A stretch of DNA of 64,000 bases from an uncultured Prolixibacteraceae bacterium. Lineage in GTDB: Bacteria; Bacteroidota; Bacteroidia; Bacteroidales; Prolixibacteraceae. The stretch is from the NCBI GenBank assembly GCA_963849985.1, contig CAWKJY010000029.1:140114-204113 (forward strand). The letters are read 5' to 3'. Positions within the stretch are counted from its first letter, which is position 1; the number at the start of each line of letters is the position of its first letter. Position numbers and translations under genes: made by a program. This document shows positions 21,864-32,640 of the stretch, piece by piece. Under the pieces are notes generated by a model. That model saw only the letters and a list, made by a program, of their open reading frames with translations, did no database searches and was not told where the DNA came from.

Positions 21864-23696
21864 GTGGGAAGTAATACAGAAATAACAAAGTGGTTGCCAA
21901 CTTCAACAAAAGAGGTCAGGCAATTTGGGTGGGAAGAGTTGGATGTAATTTTATTTACCGGCGATGCATATATTGATCATCCGTCGTTTGGAGCTGCCGT
22001 AATTGGCCGTATTCTGGAAGCAGAAGGATTGAAAGTAGCCATTGTTCCTCAACCCAACTGGAAAGACGATTTACGCGACTTTAAGAAACTGGGGAAACCA
22101 AGATTATTTTTTGCAGTTACCGGTGGAAATATGGATTCGATGGTGAATCATTACACCGCCGGAAAACGGAAAAGATCGACTGACGCTTATACACCCGGAG
22201 GAAAAGCAGGATTCCGTCCCGACTACGCAACAATTGTATATTCAAAAATTCTGAAAGAGCTGTTTCCTGATGCACCTCTTATAATTGGAGGAATTGAAGC
22301 TTCATTGCGACGGGTAACACACTACGATTACTGGTCGGATAAATTAATGCCGTCCATATTAATTGATTCCGGCGCCGATATGCTTTTTTACGGGATGGGT
22401 GAAAAATCGATTACCGATTTTGCCCGACTGGTGCAAAAAGGCGTGCCTATTAATACACTAACTAGTATCCCGCAAACATCATTTTTGGTTGACACTGACG
22501 AGGATTATGCGACAAAAAAAAGCTGGGATGAATTTGAACTTGCATCGCATGAAGAGTGCCTGAATGACCGAAGAAAGTTTGCCCGTAACTTTATGTATAT
22601 CGAGGAAGAGTCGAATAAAATGGAAGCGCGTAAATTAACACAGCAAGTCGGCGCAAAAAAGGTTGTGGTAAATCCACCATGGCCAACTTTTAATGAATCG
22701 GAAATCGACAGGGTTTATGATTTGCCATACACTCGTTTGCCTCATCCTCGTTACCAAAATAAGGAAATAATTCCTGCCTATGAAATGATTCGCCATTCAA
22801 TAAATATTCACCGCGGATGTTTTGGAGGTTGCACATTTTGCACCATTTCAGCCCACCAGGGAAAATTTATTGCGAGCCGCTCTGAAAAATCAATTTTAAA
22901 AGAGGTGGAAAAAGTTACAGAAATGCCAGATTTTAAAGGATATATTTCTGATTTAGGCGGTCCATCGGCGAACATGTATAAAATGAAAGGAATACATGAG
23001 GAGATTTGCAGAAAATGTAAACGCCCGTCGTGTATTTTTCCAAGCATCTGCAAGAACCTGGATACCAGCCATAAACCCATGCTCGATTTGTATGAAAAAG
23101 TTCGAATGAATCCAAAAATAAAAAAGGCATTTGTTGGAAGCGGTATTCGCTACGACATGATCCTTGAACCCACAGGAAATAAAGAAACCGACGAAGCAAA
23201 TAAAAAATATTTACGCGAAGTTGTGAAACACCATGTTTCAGGCCGGTTGAAAGTTGCACCGGAACATTCCTCAGACGAGGTTTTAAAATTTATGCGCAAG
23301 CCATCTTTCACATTATTTGAAAAGCTAAATGACGAATTCAACAAAATAAATAAAGAGGAAAATTTGAATCAGCAATTGATTCCTTATTTTATTTCCAGTC
23401 ATCCGGGTAGTAAATCAGAAGATATGGCCGATTTGGCTATAAAAACTAAAAATATGAATTTCAGGCTTGAACAGGTTCAGGATTTCACTCCTACCCCAAT
23501 GACACTGGCGACTGTTGTTTATTATTCCGGTTATCATCCATATACAATGGAAAAAATATATACCGCCAAAAATCGTCATGATAAGGAAACGCAACGACAG
23601 TTTTTCTTTTGGTATAAAAATGAGTTTAAAAGTTCAATCAAAAAAGAACTGGAAAAAAAGGGACGAACTGATCTGACAAAAAAATTGTTCAAATAA
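21864..23696 (+). CDS. YgiQ (UPF0313) family radical SAM protein
   Basis: GDAYIDHPSFG, HRGCFGGCTFC, DLGGPSANMY, QVQDFTPTP. Confidence 0.93.
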   Translation: MGSNTEITKWLPTSTKEVRQFGWEELDVILFTGDAYIDHPSFGAAVIGRILEAEGLKVAIVPQPNWKDDLRDFKKLGKPRLFFAVTGGNMDSMVNHYTAGKRKRSTDAYTPGGKAGFRPDYATIVYSKILKELFPDAPLIIGGIEASLRRVTHYDYWSDKLMPSILIDSGADMLFYGMGEKSITDFARLVQKGVPINTLTSIPQTSFLVDTDEDYATKKSWDEFELASHEECLNDRRKFARNFMYIEEESNKMEARKLTQQVGAKKVVVNPPWPTFNESEIDRVYDLPYTRLPHPRYQNKEIIPAYEMIRHSINIHRGCFGGCTFCTISAHQGKFIASRSEKSILKEVEKVTEMPDFKGYISDLGGPSANMYKMKGIHEEICRKCKRPSCIFPSICKNLDTSHKPMLDLYEKVRMNPKIKKAFVGSGIRYDMILEPTGNKETDEANKKYLREVVKHHVSGRLKVAPEHSSDEVLKFMRKPSFTLFEKLNDEFNKINKEENLNQQLIPYFISSHPGSKSEDMADLAIKTKNMNFRLEQVQDFTPTPMTLATVVYYSGYHPYTMEKIYTAKNRHDKETQRQFFFWYKNEFKSSIKKELEKKGRTDLTKKLFK

Positions 23697-23755
23697 GAAA
23701 TTAGTAGCAAGACTTATCCGTTATCATTACATAAAATCGTCAATAACAATTCAAA

Positions 23756-24512
23756 ATGAAGAAATACAACATTTCACTTTTCCTCGTAATTCTTTTTACC
23801 ACCGGATGTGCTCAGTTAACACAAATCGCAAACCAGGCATTAAATGAAAACAAGCCTTTAACGCAGGGTGAAATTGTTTCAGGATTAAAAGAAGCATTGA
23901 TTGTAGGAACTGGGAAATCAGTTGATATTCTTGGTGTTACCGATGGATATTACAAAGATCAAATGGTAAAAATTCTCTTGCCCCCCGAAGCTGATGTAAT
24001 TGTAAAAAATATCAGCAGAATTCCCGGCGGTGATAAATTGGTTGAGGACGCCATACTCAGTATTAACCGCGCTGCCGAAGATGCAGTTTCGGAAGCCAAA
24101 CCAATTTTTATTAACAGCATAAAAAGCATGACAATTTCTGATGCTGTTGGAATTCTGAGAGGAAATGATAATGCAGCAACCCAATATTTGAAAAATACAA
24201 CGTATGATCAGTTGGTCAGATCTGTACCGTCCAAAAATTAAAAATTCCATCGATAAAAAATTGGTTGGCAATGTTTCCACCGGGCAAAGCTGGGATTTAC
24301 TTACAGGGAAATGGAATGATTTGTCCAATTCGGTTATTGGGAAAATGGCAGGTTTTAAACCCATTGAAATTGACCTTGATGAGTATCTTACACAAAAAGC
24401 ACTGGACGGGCTTTTCCTAAAAATCGGGGAACAGGAAAAACTAATTCGAAAAGATCCGGGTGCAAGGGTTAACGACATATTGAAGAGAGTTTTTGGTTCG
24501 CTTGATACATAA
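23756..24512 (+). CDS. DUF4197 family lipoprotein; frameshift near 24230
   Basis: Lipobox [36 protein letters not shown]. Confidence 0.85.
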
Positions 24513-24654
24513 CCTTTGTTCATTCAAAAAAAATTCATGTTATTCAATATCTTTCATTGAAAATTCTGATTTTATTGGTAATTTCCGTTTGTCAAACCCT
24601 GTGAGTTTTCAGGGGAAACAGACAGCGGCATAAAAAACTAAAATCGAAATAGCT

Positions 24655-25071
24655 ATGCGACTTGATTTTGCAAGAATAGAAGAGGCAAATGATTTGGTTA
24701 ACCAGATCATTGAACATCACCCGCAGGCTATTTTTTTAGCCGACCACAATTTTAAAATCAGGTATTTTAATAAATCATTTCAACAACTAAGCAAAAGCGA
24801 TAAAGGCGATATTCTGGAACATGAGTTTTGTGAAATTATGGGTTGCACCCAGCGTGGAAAATTAGTAGAACAGAATGATGTTTTTTGTAAACATTGCCAG
24901 ATACGAGAGTTACTTTCAGGTTCAAATCTATCTGAAATTAACCTTATTCGCGATTTTGTTATCAACAACAAAGTAGTTACTAAACATTTACACGTTGATA
25001 CCCATCGTTTGGTTATGCACGGTGAAAAATATCGTTTGGTGGTTATTGAAGACAAAACACAAAAGCACTAA
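24655..25071 (+). CDS. Stand-alone PAS domain protein with a Cys-rich insertion
   Basis: IIEHHPQAIFLADHNFKIRYFN PAS start, FCEIMGC...FCKHC, and a C-terminal LVVIED. Confidence 0.7.
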   Translation: MRLDFARIEEANDLVNQIIEHHPQAIFLADHNFKIRYFNKSFQQLSKSDKGDILEHEFCEIMGCTQRGKLVEQNDVFCKHCQIRELLSGSNLSEINLIRDFVINNKVVTKHLHVDTHRLVMHGEKYRLVVIEDKTQKH

Positions 25072-25159
25072 ATCTGTTTATCTTATAAATCTTTAATATT
25101 CATCATGGTTTGGTGATATATTTTAATTGACTTTAAATCCTTGATTAAATAAAGGTTTT

Positions 25160-25516
25160 GTGAAAACAGCAATTAAAACAGTGGACGAATACATTGCGTC
25201 CTTTTCCGGGGATGTTCAGAAAAGACTCATTCAAATGCGTGAAATAATTAAAACAACTGCTCCTGATGCAGTAGAATCGATCAGTTATGGCATGCCTGCA
25301 TACAAACTCAATAAAAAACCACTGGTTTATTTTGCAGCTTTTAAAAATCACATCGGGTTTTATGCCACGCCTAGCGGACACAGTGAATTTTCGGCAGAAC
25401 TTTCGAAATACAAACAGGGAAAAGGATCGGTTCAGTTTCCGCTAAGCAAACCTATGCCTCTCGATCTGATCAGAAGAATTACCCTGTTCAAAGCAAATGA
25501 AAACAAAAAAAAGTAA
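25160..25516 (+). CDS. DUF1801/YdhG-like (iron chaperone family) protein
   Basis: VDEYIA, APDAVESISYGMPAY, YFAAFKNHIGFY, GKGSVQFP. Confidence 0.88.
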   Translation: MKTAIKTVDEYIASFSGDVQKRLIQMREIIKTTAPDAVESISYGMPAYKLNKKPLVYFAAFKNHIGFYATPSGHSEFSAELSKYKQGKGSVQFPLSKPMPLDLIRRITLFKANENKKK

Positions 25517-25544
25517 TTCGAGTCTGACCAAAATTTAATTTTTT

Positions 25545-26774
25545 TCAAAACTGAATCTCTTTTGTAGGAACTTTATCAAAATATTTTTGGAATAATGCAA
25601 AACGCTGCGACTTCGATTCTGATTTCTTTTGTCGTACAAATTCAAAACGAAGTGGCGAGAAACGATTCATTTGATTAAGATATTCTTCAGAATACCAGGT
25701 TTCATTTAATCCCACTGATTCCAATATCATGGTTTCAATGCTTCGGTTCATTAGTGATAAGAATGTGCTTACATCTATTGCATCAAAACATTTCATTTCA
25801 TCCAGTGCCATGCGGCCAAAATGAATCGTTTTGTTTACAAGAACTTCAAGCGACTGATTGTCAATACAGGAAAACATCGTATTTGTATTGGCGCCTGTAT
25901 CTTCTTTTACATCCTGGATATCATCAAGCAATTGCAAATAAACACCGTAACCAAACAAAGCCTGCTGCTGCTCGTAAGCCAGGTTTCCGGCCACCAAAAA
26001 ACCATCGGCCAGAACTGAAGCCCCTCCTTTCTCAAAACAAATTGAAAGGATTTCGTCAGAAGAAAGTGATTTATCTTTCGAAAGGGAAAGACTCCTTGTT
26101 TGTCCACGCTGAATAGCGTACAAACTCTCATAAACATCAGGAAATTTTTGCCTGTCGTATTGAAGTTCAAACATTTCCACCAAACGGAAAAGTTGTTCTT
26201 CAATATGTCCTTTCGGTTCAACATCAAGTCCGTGCAAACGTTGATTAAAACGTTCACTGAAAGCCTGTTTCTCTGTCGGAGAAATTTCAGGATCATCCAG
26301 TAAATTATCGCTGTAAGGGTAAATCATACTGTATGCAAAAACCGACGGTGTAATTTCAACAGGCAAATCGAGCATTAATTGAATTCCGTTCATGATCCAG
26401 ACATTTCGCATTGCCTGGTAAATACTTTCAGGTTTTAATTGGGGACCAAATTCGCGTGCTTTGTAAAAGAAATCGCTGGAAACATTTCGAAAATCTTCAG
26501 ACAAAATAATTTCCAACTGATCCACATCAAAATCGAAAACCGTTTCCAGAAAACGCTTAAACATGGGGAAAAATGAAGTTCCGGGATCTTCTTTGAATTT
26601 TTTAATGCTCTTTTTATTCTGTAATTCCTTAATTGCTTTTTGAAATTCTTCAAACCGGCCTTCTCTTTCGTATTGTTCAGTTATTGAATATACCCGATGG
26701 AAATCCGGCAAAGTCGCAGGACTATTTTCCCAAATAGCAGCAAAATGACGGATATATTGATCAACAGCCAGCAT
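25545..26774 (-). CDS. Class I isoprenoid synthase (terpene synthase/prenyltransferase)-fold protein
   Basis: All-helical character with Asp-rich motifs YPYSDNLLDD and LQLLDDIQD, plus EKGGASV. Confidence 0.6.
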   Translation of the reverse strand: MLAVDQYIRHFAAIWENSPATLPDFHRVYSITEQYEREGRFEEFQKAIKELQNKKSIKKFKEDPGTSFFPMFKRFLETVFDFDVDQLEIILSEDFRNVSSDFFYKAREFGPQLKPESIYQAMRNVWIMNGIQLMLDLPVEITPSVFAYSMIYPYSDNLLDDPEISPTEKQAFSERFNQRLHGLDVEPKGHIEEQLFRLVEMFELQYDRQKFPDVYESLYAIQRGQTRSLSLSKDKSLSSDEILSICFEKGGASVLADGFLVAGNLAYEQQQALFGYGVYLQLLDDIQDVKEDTGANTNTMFSCIDNQSLEVLVNKTIHFGRMALDEMKCFDAIDVSTFLSLMNRSIETMILESVGLNETWYSEEYLNQMNRFSPLRFEFVRQKKSESKSQRFALFQKYFDKVPTKEIQF

Positions 26775-26939
26775 ACATTTAGTTTTACCCTAAAATTAGG
26801 CAAAAAAGAATGAATGGTTCTATTTTTTAGATAACCGAATGATTTTTACCGATAACAGAAGAAATATTGCTGGAAAGTCCCTCTACCCCTTTCAAAAGGA
26901 GGAGAAAATAATTAGTTAAATAAGAAATTCAAAATTGAA

Positions 26940-27650
26940 CTAGGCAATGTTGGTGTAAACCGCCTGAACATCGTCATCCTCTTCCAACTTGTCAAGCATT
27001 TTTTCGATATCTTCAAGTTGTTCTTCTGAAAATTCAACAGGATCGTTGGCAAAGCGTTTCAGGACTGCCTTTTTCACCTCAATGTTCAGCTCTTCCAGTT
27101 TATGAGCCATGTCGCCAAAACTGGTATAATCGGCATAAGCATAAAACTCGCCTTCATTTTCCTCAATCTCATCCAACCCTGCGTCAATAAGCTCAAGCTC
27201 CAATTCTTCAATATCCATTTCTGCTGGTTTTTTAAACTCAAATACAGCTTTCCTGGAAAACATGAATTCGAGCGAACCGGTTGGAACAAGTCCACCACCG
27301 ACTTTATTGAAGTAACTTTTTACATTGGCAACAGTTCGTGTACCGTTATCAGTGGCACATTCTACAAAAACCAAAACTCCATGCGGCCCTTTTCCTTCAT
27401 AGTTTACTTCGGAATAATCGGCAGCATCTTTTCCGGAAGCCCTTTTAATAGCTGCATCAATGTTGGTTTTCGGCATGTTCTGTGCCTTGGCATTCAAAAT
27501 AGCAGTGCGCAACGCTGCATTCAAATCGGGCTCGGGGCTACCTTCTTTTGCAGCAATAGTAATTTTCTTTGCCAGTTTAGGAAAAATCCTCGACATTTTG
27601 TCCCAACGTTTTTCCTTGGCCGCCCGACGATATTCAAATGCCCTTCCCAT
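26940..27650 (-). CDS. YebC/PmpR family protein
   Basis: [36 protein letters not shown]. Confidence 0.95.
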   Translation of the reverse strand: MGRAFEYRRAAKEKRWDKMSRIFPKLAKKITIAAKEGSPEPDLNAALRTAILNAKAQNMPKTNIDAAIKRASGKDAADYSEVNYEGKGPHGVLVFVECATDNGTRTVANVKSYFNKVGGGLVPTGSLEFMFSRKAVFEFKKPAEMDIEELELELIDAGLDEIEENEGEFYAYADYTSFGDMAHKLEELNIEVKKAVLKRFANDPVEFSEEQLEDIEKMLDKLEEDDDVQAVYTNIA

Positions 27651-27854
27651 AAAATTGTCTTTAAAAAATTATTCGCGAAAATATAAAACTGAAACGATAT
27701 AAACCAATACTCAAATCATAAAAACTGAGCTATTTTATTTTGTGTGGCTTACAAACGTTATCTTCATTTTTTACTTTAGCCCCACATTTTTTACATTCAT
27801 ATTTTGGATTGGATTTATCCTCGAAATTTTTCTTTTTACAGGCTTTTTTTCCCA

Positions 27855-29288
27855 TTACCAATTTTGTTGCTCCCGGTGATTGACAACAACGTGAACCGGA
27901 AAATTGTTTTGCAAGTGTTCTGCCAGTTTCTCAGCTGCATATACTGAACGATGCTGACCGCCCGTACATCCAAAGCTGACAGATAAACTCGTGAATTTCC
28001 GGTCCAAATATGATTTTACTGACTGATCAACAATTAATTTCACCCCACTTAAAAAAATTCCAATTTCTGAATTCTTTTCCAAAAACTCCTGAACCTCTAA
28101 ATCTTTACCTGTTAGCGATTTATATTCAGGATATCGTCCCGGATTGTTTAGAGCCCGGCAATCAAAAACATGTCCGCCACCATTCCCAGAAGTATCGTTT
28201 GGATAACCATTTTTATATGCAAAACTTGTAATTGTTATTGTAAGTTGGTCATTCTTTGTTCGTCCGATTTCCTTTAATTCTTCAGATTGAATAAGTTGAT
28301 AAAATACATTAAAAAGTTCCGGTAATTCAACTGGAAGTTTTACCTCTTCCAATAGTATTTCCAGATTTTTAAGTGCATACGGAATACTTTTTAGAAAATG
28401 CTCCTTTTTCTCGTAAAAACCTCTGAAACCATAAGCTCCCATCGCCTGCATAATACGAATAAGAACAAAACCGTTAAAGTAGGCTGTAAACTCAGGTTCA
28501 TCTACCTCAATATATTTCCTGAGTTCAGAAAGATATTTTTCAAATAACTGTTGGCGAACCATTTGCGGAATATCAGCCTTTCCATCATAAAGCAAGGAAG
28601 CCAAATCGTATTGCAAAGCTCCTCTTCGTCCGCCCTGGTAATCGATAAAATAAACCTCGTCATTTTTTAACATCACATTGCGTGACTGAAAATCGCGATA
28701 CATAAAATAATCAGAACCAGCACTGAGTAAATAACCACTAAACGTTTGAAAATCATCTTCAAGCGCCTGCTCATCGAAATGTACTTTTGCCAGTTTCAGA
28801 AAATAGTATTTGAAATAATTCAGGTCCCACATCATCGACTGTTTATCAAAAGCAGCTCGCGGATAACAAACTGAATAGTCGAGATTTTTACCTGCTACAA
28901 CTTGTATCTTCGGAAGTACTTTTAAAACCTTGTTATATTGTGAAATAATGGTTTCCGAAAATCCCTCTTTTCCACGTATATCACTTAAAAAATCAAAAAG
29001 CGTAACGTTCCCAAGGTCTTCCAGTAAATAACATTTCAAATCGGAACTCACTGCATAAACTTCCGGAACCGGCAAATCGTTTTCCAGAAAATTACTTGTA
29101 AACGACAGGAAAGCTGTGTTTTCCTTTACATCGTTATTCCATACACCAATTACCGATTGATGATTGTTTGTTAAACGACAATATTCACGATACGAACCCG
29201 ATGGTGGGAGCAGTTCAAAATGCTCTACTTTCTCGTTAAAATGACTTTCAAAAAGCCGTATTATTTCACTCTTCTCCGAATTTTTCAA
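27855..29288 (-). CDS. Aminoglycoside-phosphotransferase-like kinase (AmgK-like) fused to a RapZ C-terminal domain
   Basis: GSYREY, YRDFQSRN, IDYQG; C-terminal SFAYK...FDCRAL.NPG...FGCTGGQHRSV. Confidence 0.85.
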   Translation of the reverse strand: MKNSEKSEIIRLFESHFNEKVEHFELLPPSGSYREYCRLTNNHQSVIGVWNNDVKENTAFLSFTSNFLENDLPVPEVYAVSSDLKCYLLEDLGNVTLFDFLSDIRGKEGFSETIISQYNKVLKVLPKIQVVAGKNLDYSVCYPRAAFDKQSMMWDLNYFKYYFLKLAKVHFDEQALEDDFQTFSGYLLSAGSDYFMYRDFQSRNVMLKNDEVYFIDYQGGRRGALQYDLASLLYDGKADIPQMVRQQLFEKYLSELRKYIEVDEPEFTAYFNGFVLIRIMQAMGAYGFRGFYEKKEHFLKSIPYALKNLEILLEEVKLPVELPELFNVFYQLIQSEELKEIGRTKNDQLTITITSFAYKNGYPNDTSGNGGGHVFDCRALNNPGRYPEYKSLTGKDLEVQEFLEKNSEIGIFLSGVKLIVDQSVKSYLDRKFTSLSVSFGCTGGQHRSVYAAEKLAEHLQNNFPVHVVVNHREQQNW

Positions 29289-29365
29289 ATAACCAAAATT
29301 TTAAAAGTTTTACGTCAACAGGAACCATAAAAATTAATTGTACTTTTAAGTTTCATTCACCGGTT

Positions 29366-30088
29366 ATGAAACGAATCAAAATCAAAAATATCTATTTTTT
29401 AAGGATACTACGAAGATTTTTTGTATTGATTGGCATTTTCTTTTTGCTTTGCGTTATTCTTGCTTTAACCGAGCAACCGTTTTGGGGATACTACTGGTTG
29501 GGAACCAGCAAATCGGAGCTTAAATGGGAACCCGAAGCCATTGTTTTTCTTGGCGGCGGCGGAATGCCAAGTCAGTCGAATTTAATGCGTTGCTGGTACA
29601 CCGAAAAAGCTGCCAAATCGTTCCCTGATGCACAAATTATTGTTGTGGTTCCCGGTGATATTGACGATAGTTTAAGTACACCTGAACTGATAAAAAAGGA
29701 ACTTATTATTCGAGGAGTAAATCCTGAAAAAATAATTTTTGAACATGAATCTACCAACACACGTGCACAAGCGTTGAATTGCCAACGTTTTATAAAAATG
29801 CAATCGCCCATACTGCTGATTACGTCACCGGAACATATGCGAAGGGCCGTTCTTTGTTTTCAGAAAGTCGGGTTTGAAAAGGTAAATGCACTGCCGGCTT
29901 TTGAGAATGCACTGGAAGCCGATTTATCATTTGATGACGATAGTTTGGGAGGTAATAAAATAATGATTCCGGATGTTGGTAAAAATATTAATATGCGTTA
30001 CCAGTTATGGAACCATTTGAAATATGAAATATTAATTGCCCGGGAAATTACTGCATTGATTTACTACAAATTAAGAGGATGGATTTAG
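29366..30088 (+). CDS. YdcF/DUF218 (ElyC/SanA-like) family protein
   Basis: N-terminal TM, IVFLGGGG, ESTNTRAQA, ITSPEHMRRA. Confidence 0.85.
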   Translation: MKRIKIKNIYFLRILRRFFVLIGIFFLLCVILALTEQPFWGYYWLGTSKSELKWEPEAIVFLGGGGMPSQSNLMRCWYTEKAAKSFPDAQIIVVVPGDIDDSLSTPELIKKELIIRGVNPEKIIFEHESTNTRAQALNCQRFIKMQSPILLITSPEHMRRAVLCFQKVGFEKVNALPAFENALEADLSFDDDSLGGNKIMIPDVGKNINMRYQLWNHLKYEILIAREITALIYYKLRGWI

Positions 30089-30104
30089 GGTTAACATTTA
30101 CGTG

Positions 30105-30497
30105 TTAACCCATATTTTCAATTACCCTGGACAATTTCAGTCTTACTTCAGTTGCCAACTCACCCAACGTTTCATTTTTTACCGCCATCATTGAAGCTAC
30201 AGGATCAACAGCAAAAACCTCTATCTCGCCGTTGTCATTTTCTTCAACAACCACATTGCAGGGTAGAAATACGCCAATTTTATCTTCGCTATTTATAGCC
30301 TTGTAAGCGAACTGTGGATTGCACGCCCCCAGAATCATATACTTTTTGAAATTGACATTTAGTTTTGCGCTCAATGTTTCTCCTACATTATTTTCTGACA
30401 AAATGCCAAAACCTTCTTTGCTCAATTCCTCTGTTACTTTCTCAATTGCTTCCTCGAAGCTTACATTTTTCACTACTTTACTAAAATAATAACTCAT
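30105..30497 (-). CDS. DUF302 domain protein
   Basis: EGFGIL, ILGACNP, IGVFLPCNVVV. Confidence 0.9.
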   Translation of the reverse strand: MSYYFSKVVKNVSFEEAIEKVTEELSKEGFGILSENNVGETLSAKLNVNFKKYMILGACNPQFAYKAINSEDKIGVFLPCNVVVEENDNGEIEVFAVDPVASMMAVKNETLGELATEVRLKLSRVIENMG

Positions 30498-30759
30498 TCT
30501 GATTAAATTTTTTGTTTCAACCTTAACAAAGCAGTAGAAAGAATGTTGTCCAAAAAGAAGAATTTTTTATAGGTTATTTTGGCCTTTTGTTTAGTTCAGT
30601 AAATTCCACTAATAATTATATCCAAATAAAACGGGAGAAATTAATGTAATAATTTCTCCCGTAAAATTCTATATTAAAGTACTTACTTCCAGCTAAATTT
30701 AGCGATGCAAAATCTTTAAAATTCCAGATAATATAATAATTGTTAACCAGCTAAATTTA

Positions 30760-32533
30760 TTAATTCAACTGAACAATCAATACCATTTCCTTATCGCCAC
30801 GCAGAATATCAACTGAAACACGCTGACCGGCTTCCAAAGATTGGATCCTGTTCATATAATCATGAATTCCACCAACCTTTTTCCCTTCTATTGCCGTAAT
30901 AATATCACCCTTTTTCATTCCTGCAAGATCAGCCGCTTTTCCTTTTGTAACCGCATCGACACGCAACCCACGTTTTTCTATGCCGGCAAAATCGGGCATA
31001 AATCCCATTGTAACTTTATATCGGTCTCCCCTGCTGCTACGTTGATATTTCGGGCCCGCTTCCTGGAAAGTCATAGAACCGTCACGATTGGCAATATCCA
31101 TCAATATTTTGTAAGAATATTCTGTTACTTTTTTTTCTCCTTCATAATTTATTTTATCAGCATCATCGTATGGAGTATGATAATCAGGATGGGCTCCGGT
31201 TGTGAAAAATAATACAGGAATATCCTGAATATAAAACGATGCATGATCAGACGGTCCAACTCCTTCCGGCGACATTGCCAGATCAAAACCTGGATTCAGA
31301 TCATTTAAAATAGATTCAAATTCTTTGGCAGTCTGAGTACCACCAACACTTAATGCGTTTGTTGTAGTGTCGAGCCGGCCAACCATATCAAAATTTAACA
31401 TGGCATCTATTTTATCAAGCGGTACAGGAGGATTATTTACAAAAGCACTTGAACCTATCAATCCCATTTCTTCACCGCTAAAACAAACAAAAATAATGCT
31501 TCTTCTATTGCTCTTTTCACTGGCAGCTTTCTCAGCCAATTCAATAACTTCGGCTACCCCCGAAGCATTATCATCGGCACCGTTATGAATGGCAATAGTA
31601 TCCACTGCTCTTGAACCGGAACCGGGTCCACCCATACCGAGATGATCGAAATGAGCGCCAACAACAACATACTGATCAATCAAATGTTGGATCATTTCCG
31701 GGTAACATTGCTACCACATTTCTCGATTCAGTTTCTTTCTGTAATACATTAATTGTGGCATCAATTTTTGTATTCAGGTTTAAATGTATTGTGTTTTTAG
31801 TTTCTTCAATCTTAGCTTCCAGCTTTTCAACGGTTTGGCCTGTTCCTGCCAATATTTTGTCAGCCACTACCCTGGTAACCTGAATAATCGGAATAGAATA
31901 GCGGCTACTGTTCTTATCAAAAATCAGTGGGGCCAACTCATCTTTTTCACTGTATTTTTTTCCGGCCACAAGAATTAACCCTGCGGCGTTATTATCGCTG
32001 GCAAGTAAGGCTTTTGCACGGTCATTTGAAAATTCCACAAACGGACTTTGTTCATTTTCCAAATCAGGATCGCCTTGAAGAACCAACACCCATTTTCCAG
32101 CTGCATTAACGCCTTTATAATCATCCCATTTCAATGTATCTTTATTAACCTCAATTCCAAATCCTGCAAAAACAACTCCGGCTGAAACTTTGGTGTTCGC
32201 AGAAAATGCGTAAGGCAGAAAATCTTTTTCAACTTCAAAAGTGGTTCCGTCAACTGAAAATTCGTTTCCATCACCTACTTGTGCAGAAGTTACCAGTTTA
32301 AAAGGTTGAAATCCATTTTCATCCAACAGTTGTAATCCGGCTTTTTGAAATTTCTCCCGAATATATTCAGCAGCAAGTAAATCACCGGCTTCTCCTGTTT
32401 TTCTACCTTTCAGTGAATCGGAGGCAAGATAATAGATGCTTGCCTTTAAATCTTTTACCGTTATATCGGGGTTGAATTTTGGGGTGCATGCTGCAAGAAC
32501 AGCAATTATAAATACAAAGAAAAATAATTTCAT
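30760..32533 (-). CDS. M28 family aminopeptidase lipoprotein with PA and C-terminal PDZ domains; frameshift near 31680
   Basis: Lipobox LAAC, LASDSLKGRKTG, GAHFDH, GADDNASG, GEEMGL, NFDMVG, SDHASF, HPDYH; PDZ at the C-terminus. Confidence 0.9.
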
Positions 32534-32640
32534 AATGAACCTACTTATTAATTTTCAAAACTTACCTTCAATCTTAAGTGTTATGATGCAATAAATCGGG
32601 TGCAATATTACGCATTAATCATCATTTAAAAAAAGTAGTT

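Noticed and set aside
26876-26905. CCCTCTACCCCTTTCAAAAGGAGG as a REP-like element
   Set aside because: Single, short and imperfect, with no second copy in the window.
27102-27686. 194-aa plus-strand ORF, and similar antisense or alternate-frame ORFs in the track (for example 23918-24523, 60245-60724, 25907-26296)
   Set aside because: They lie wholly over well-supported genes and have no recognisable motifs, so they are shadow ORFs.
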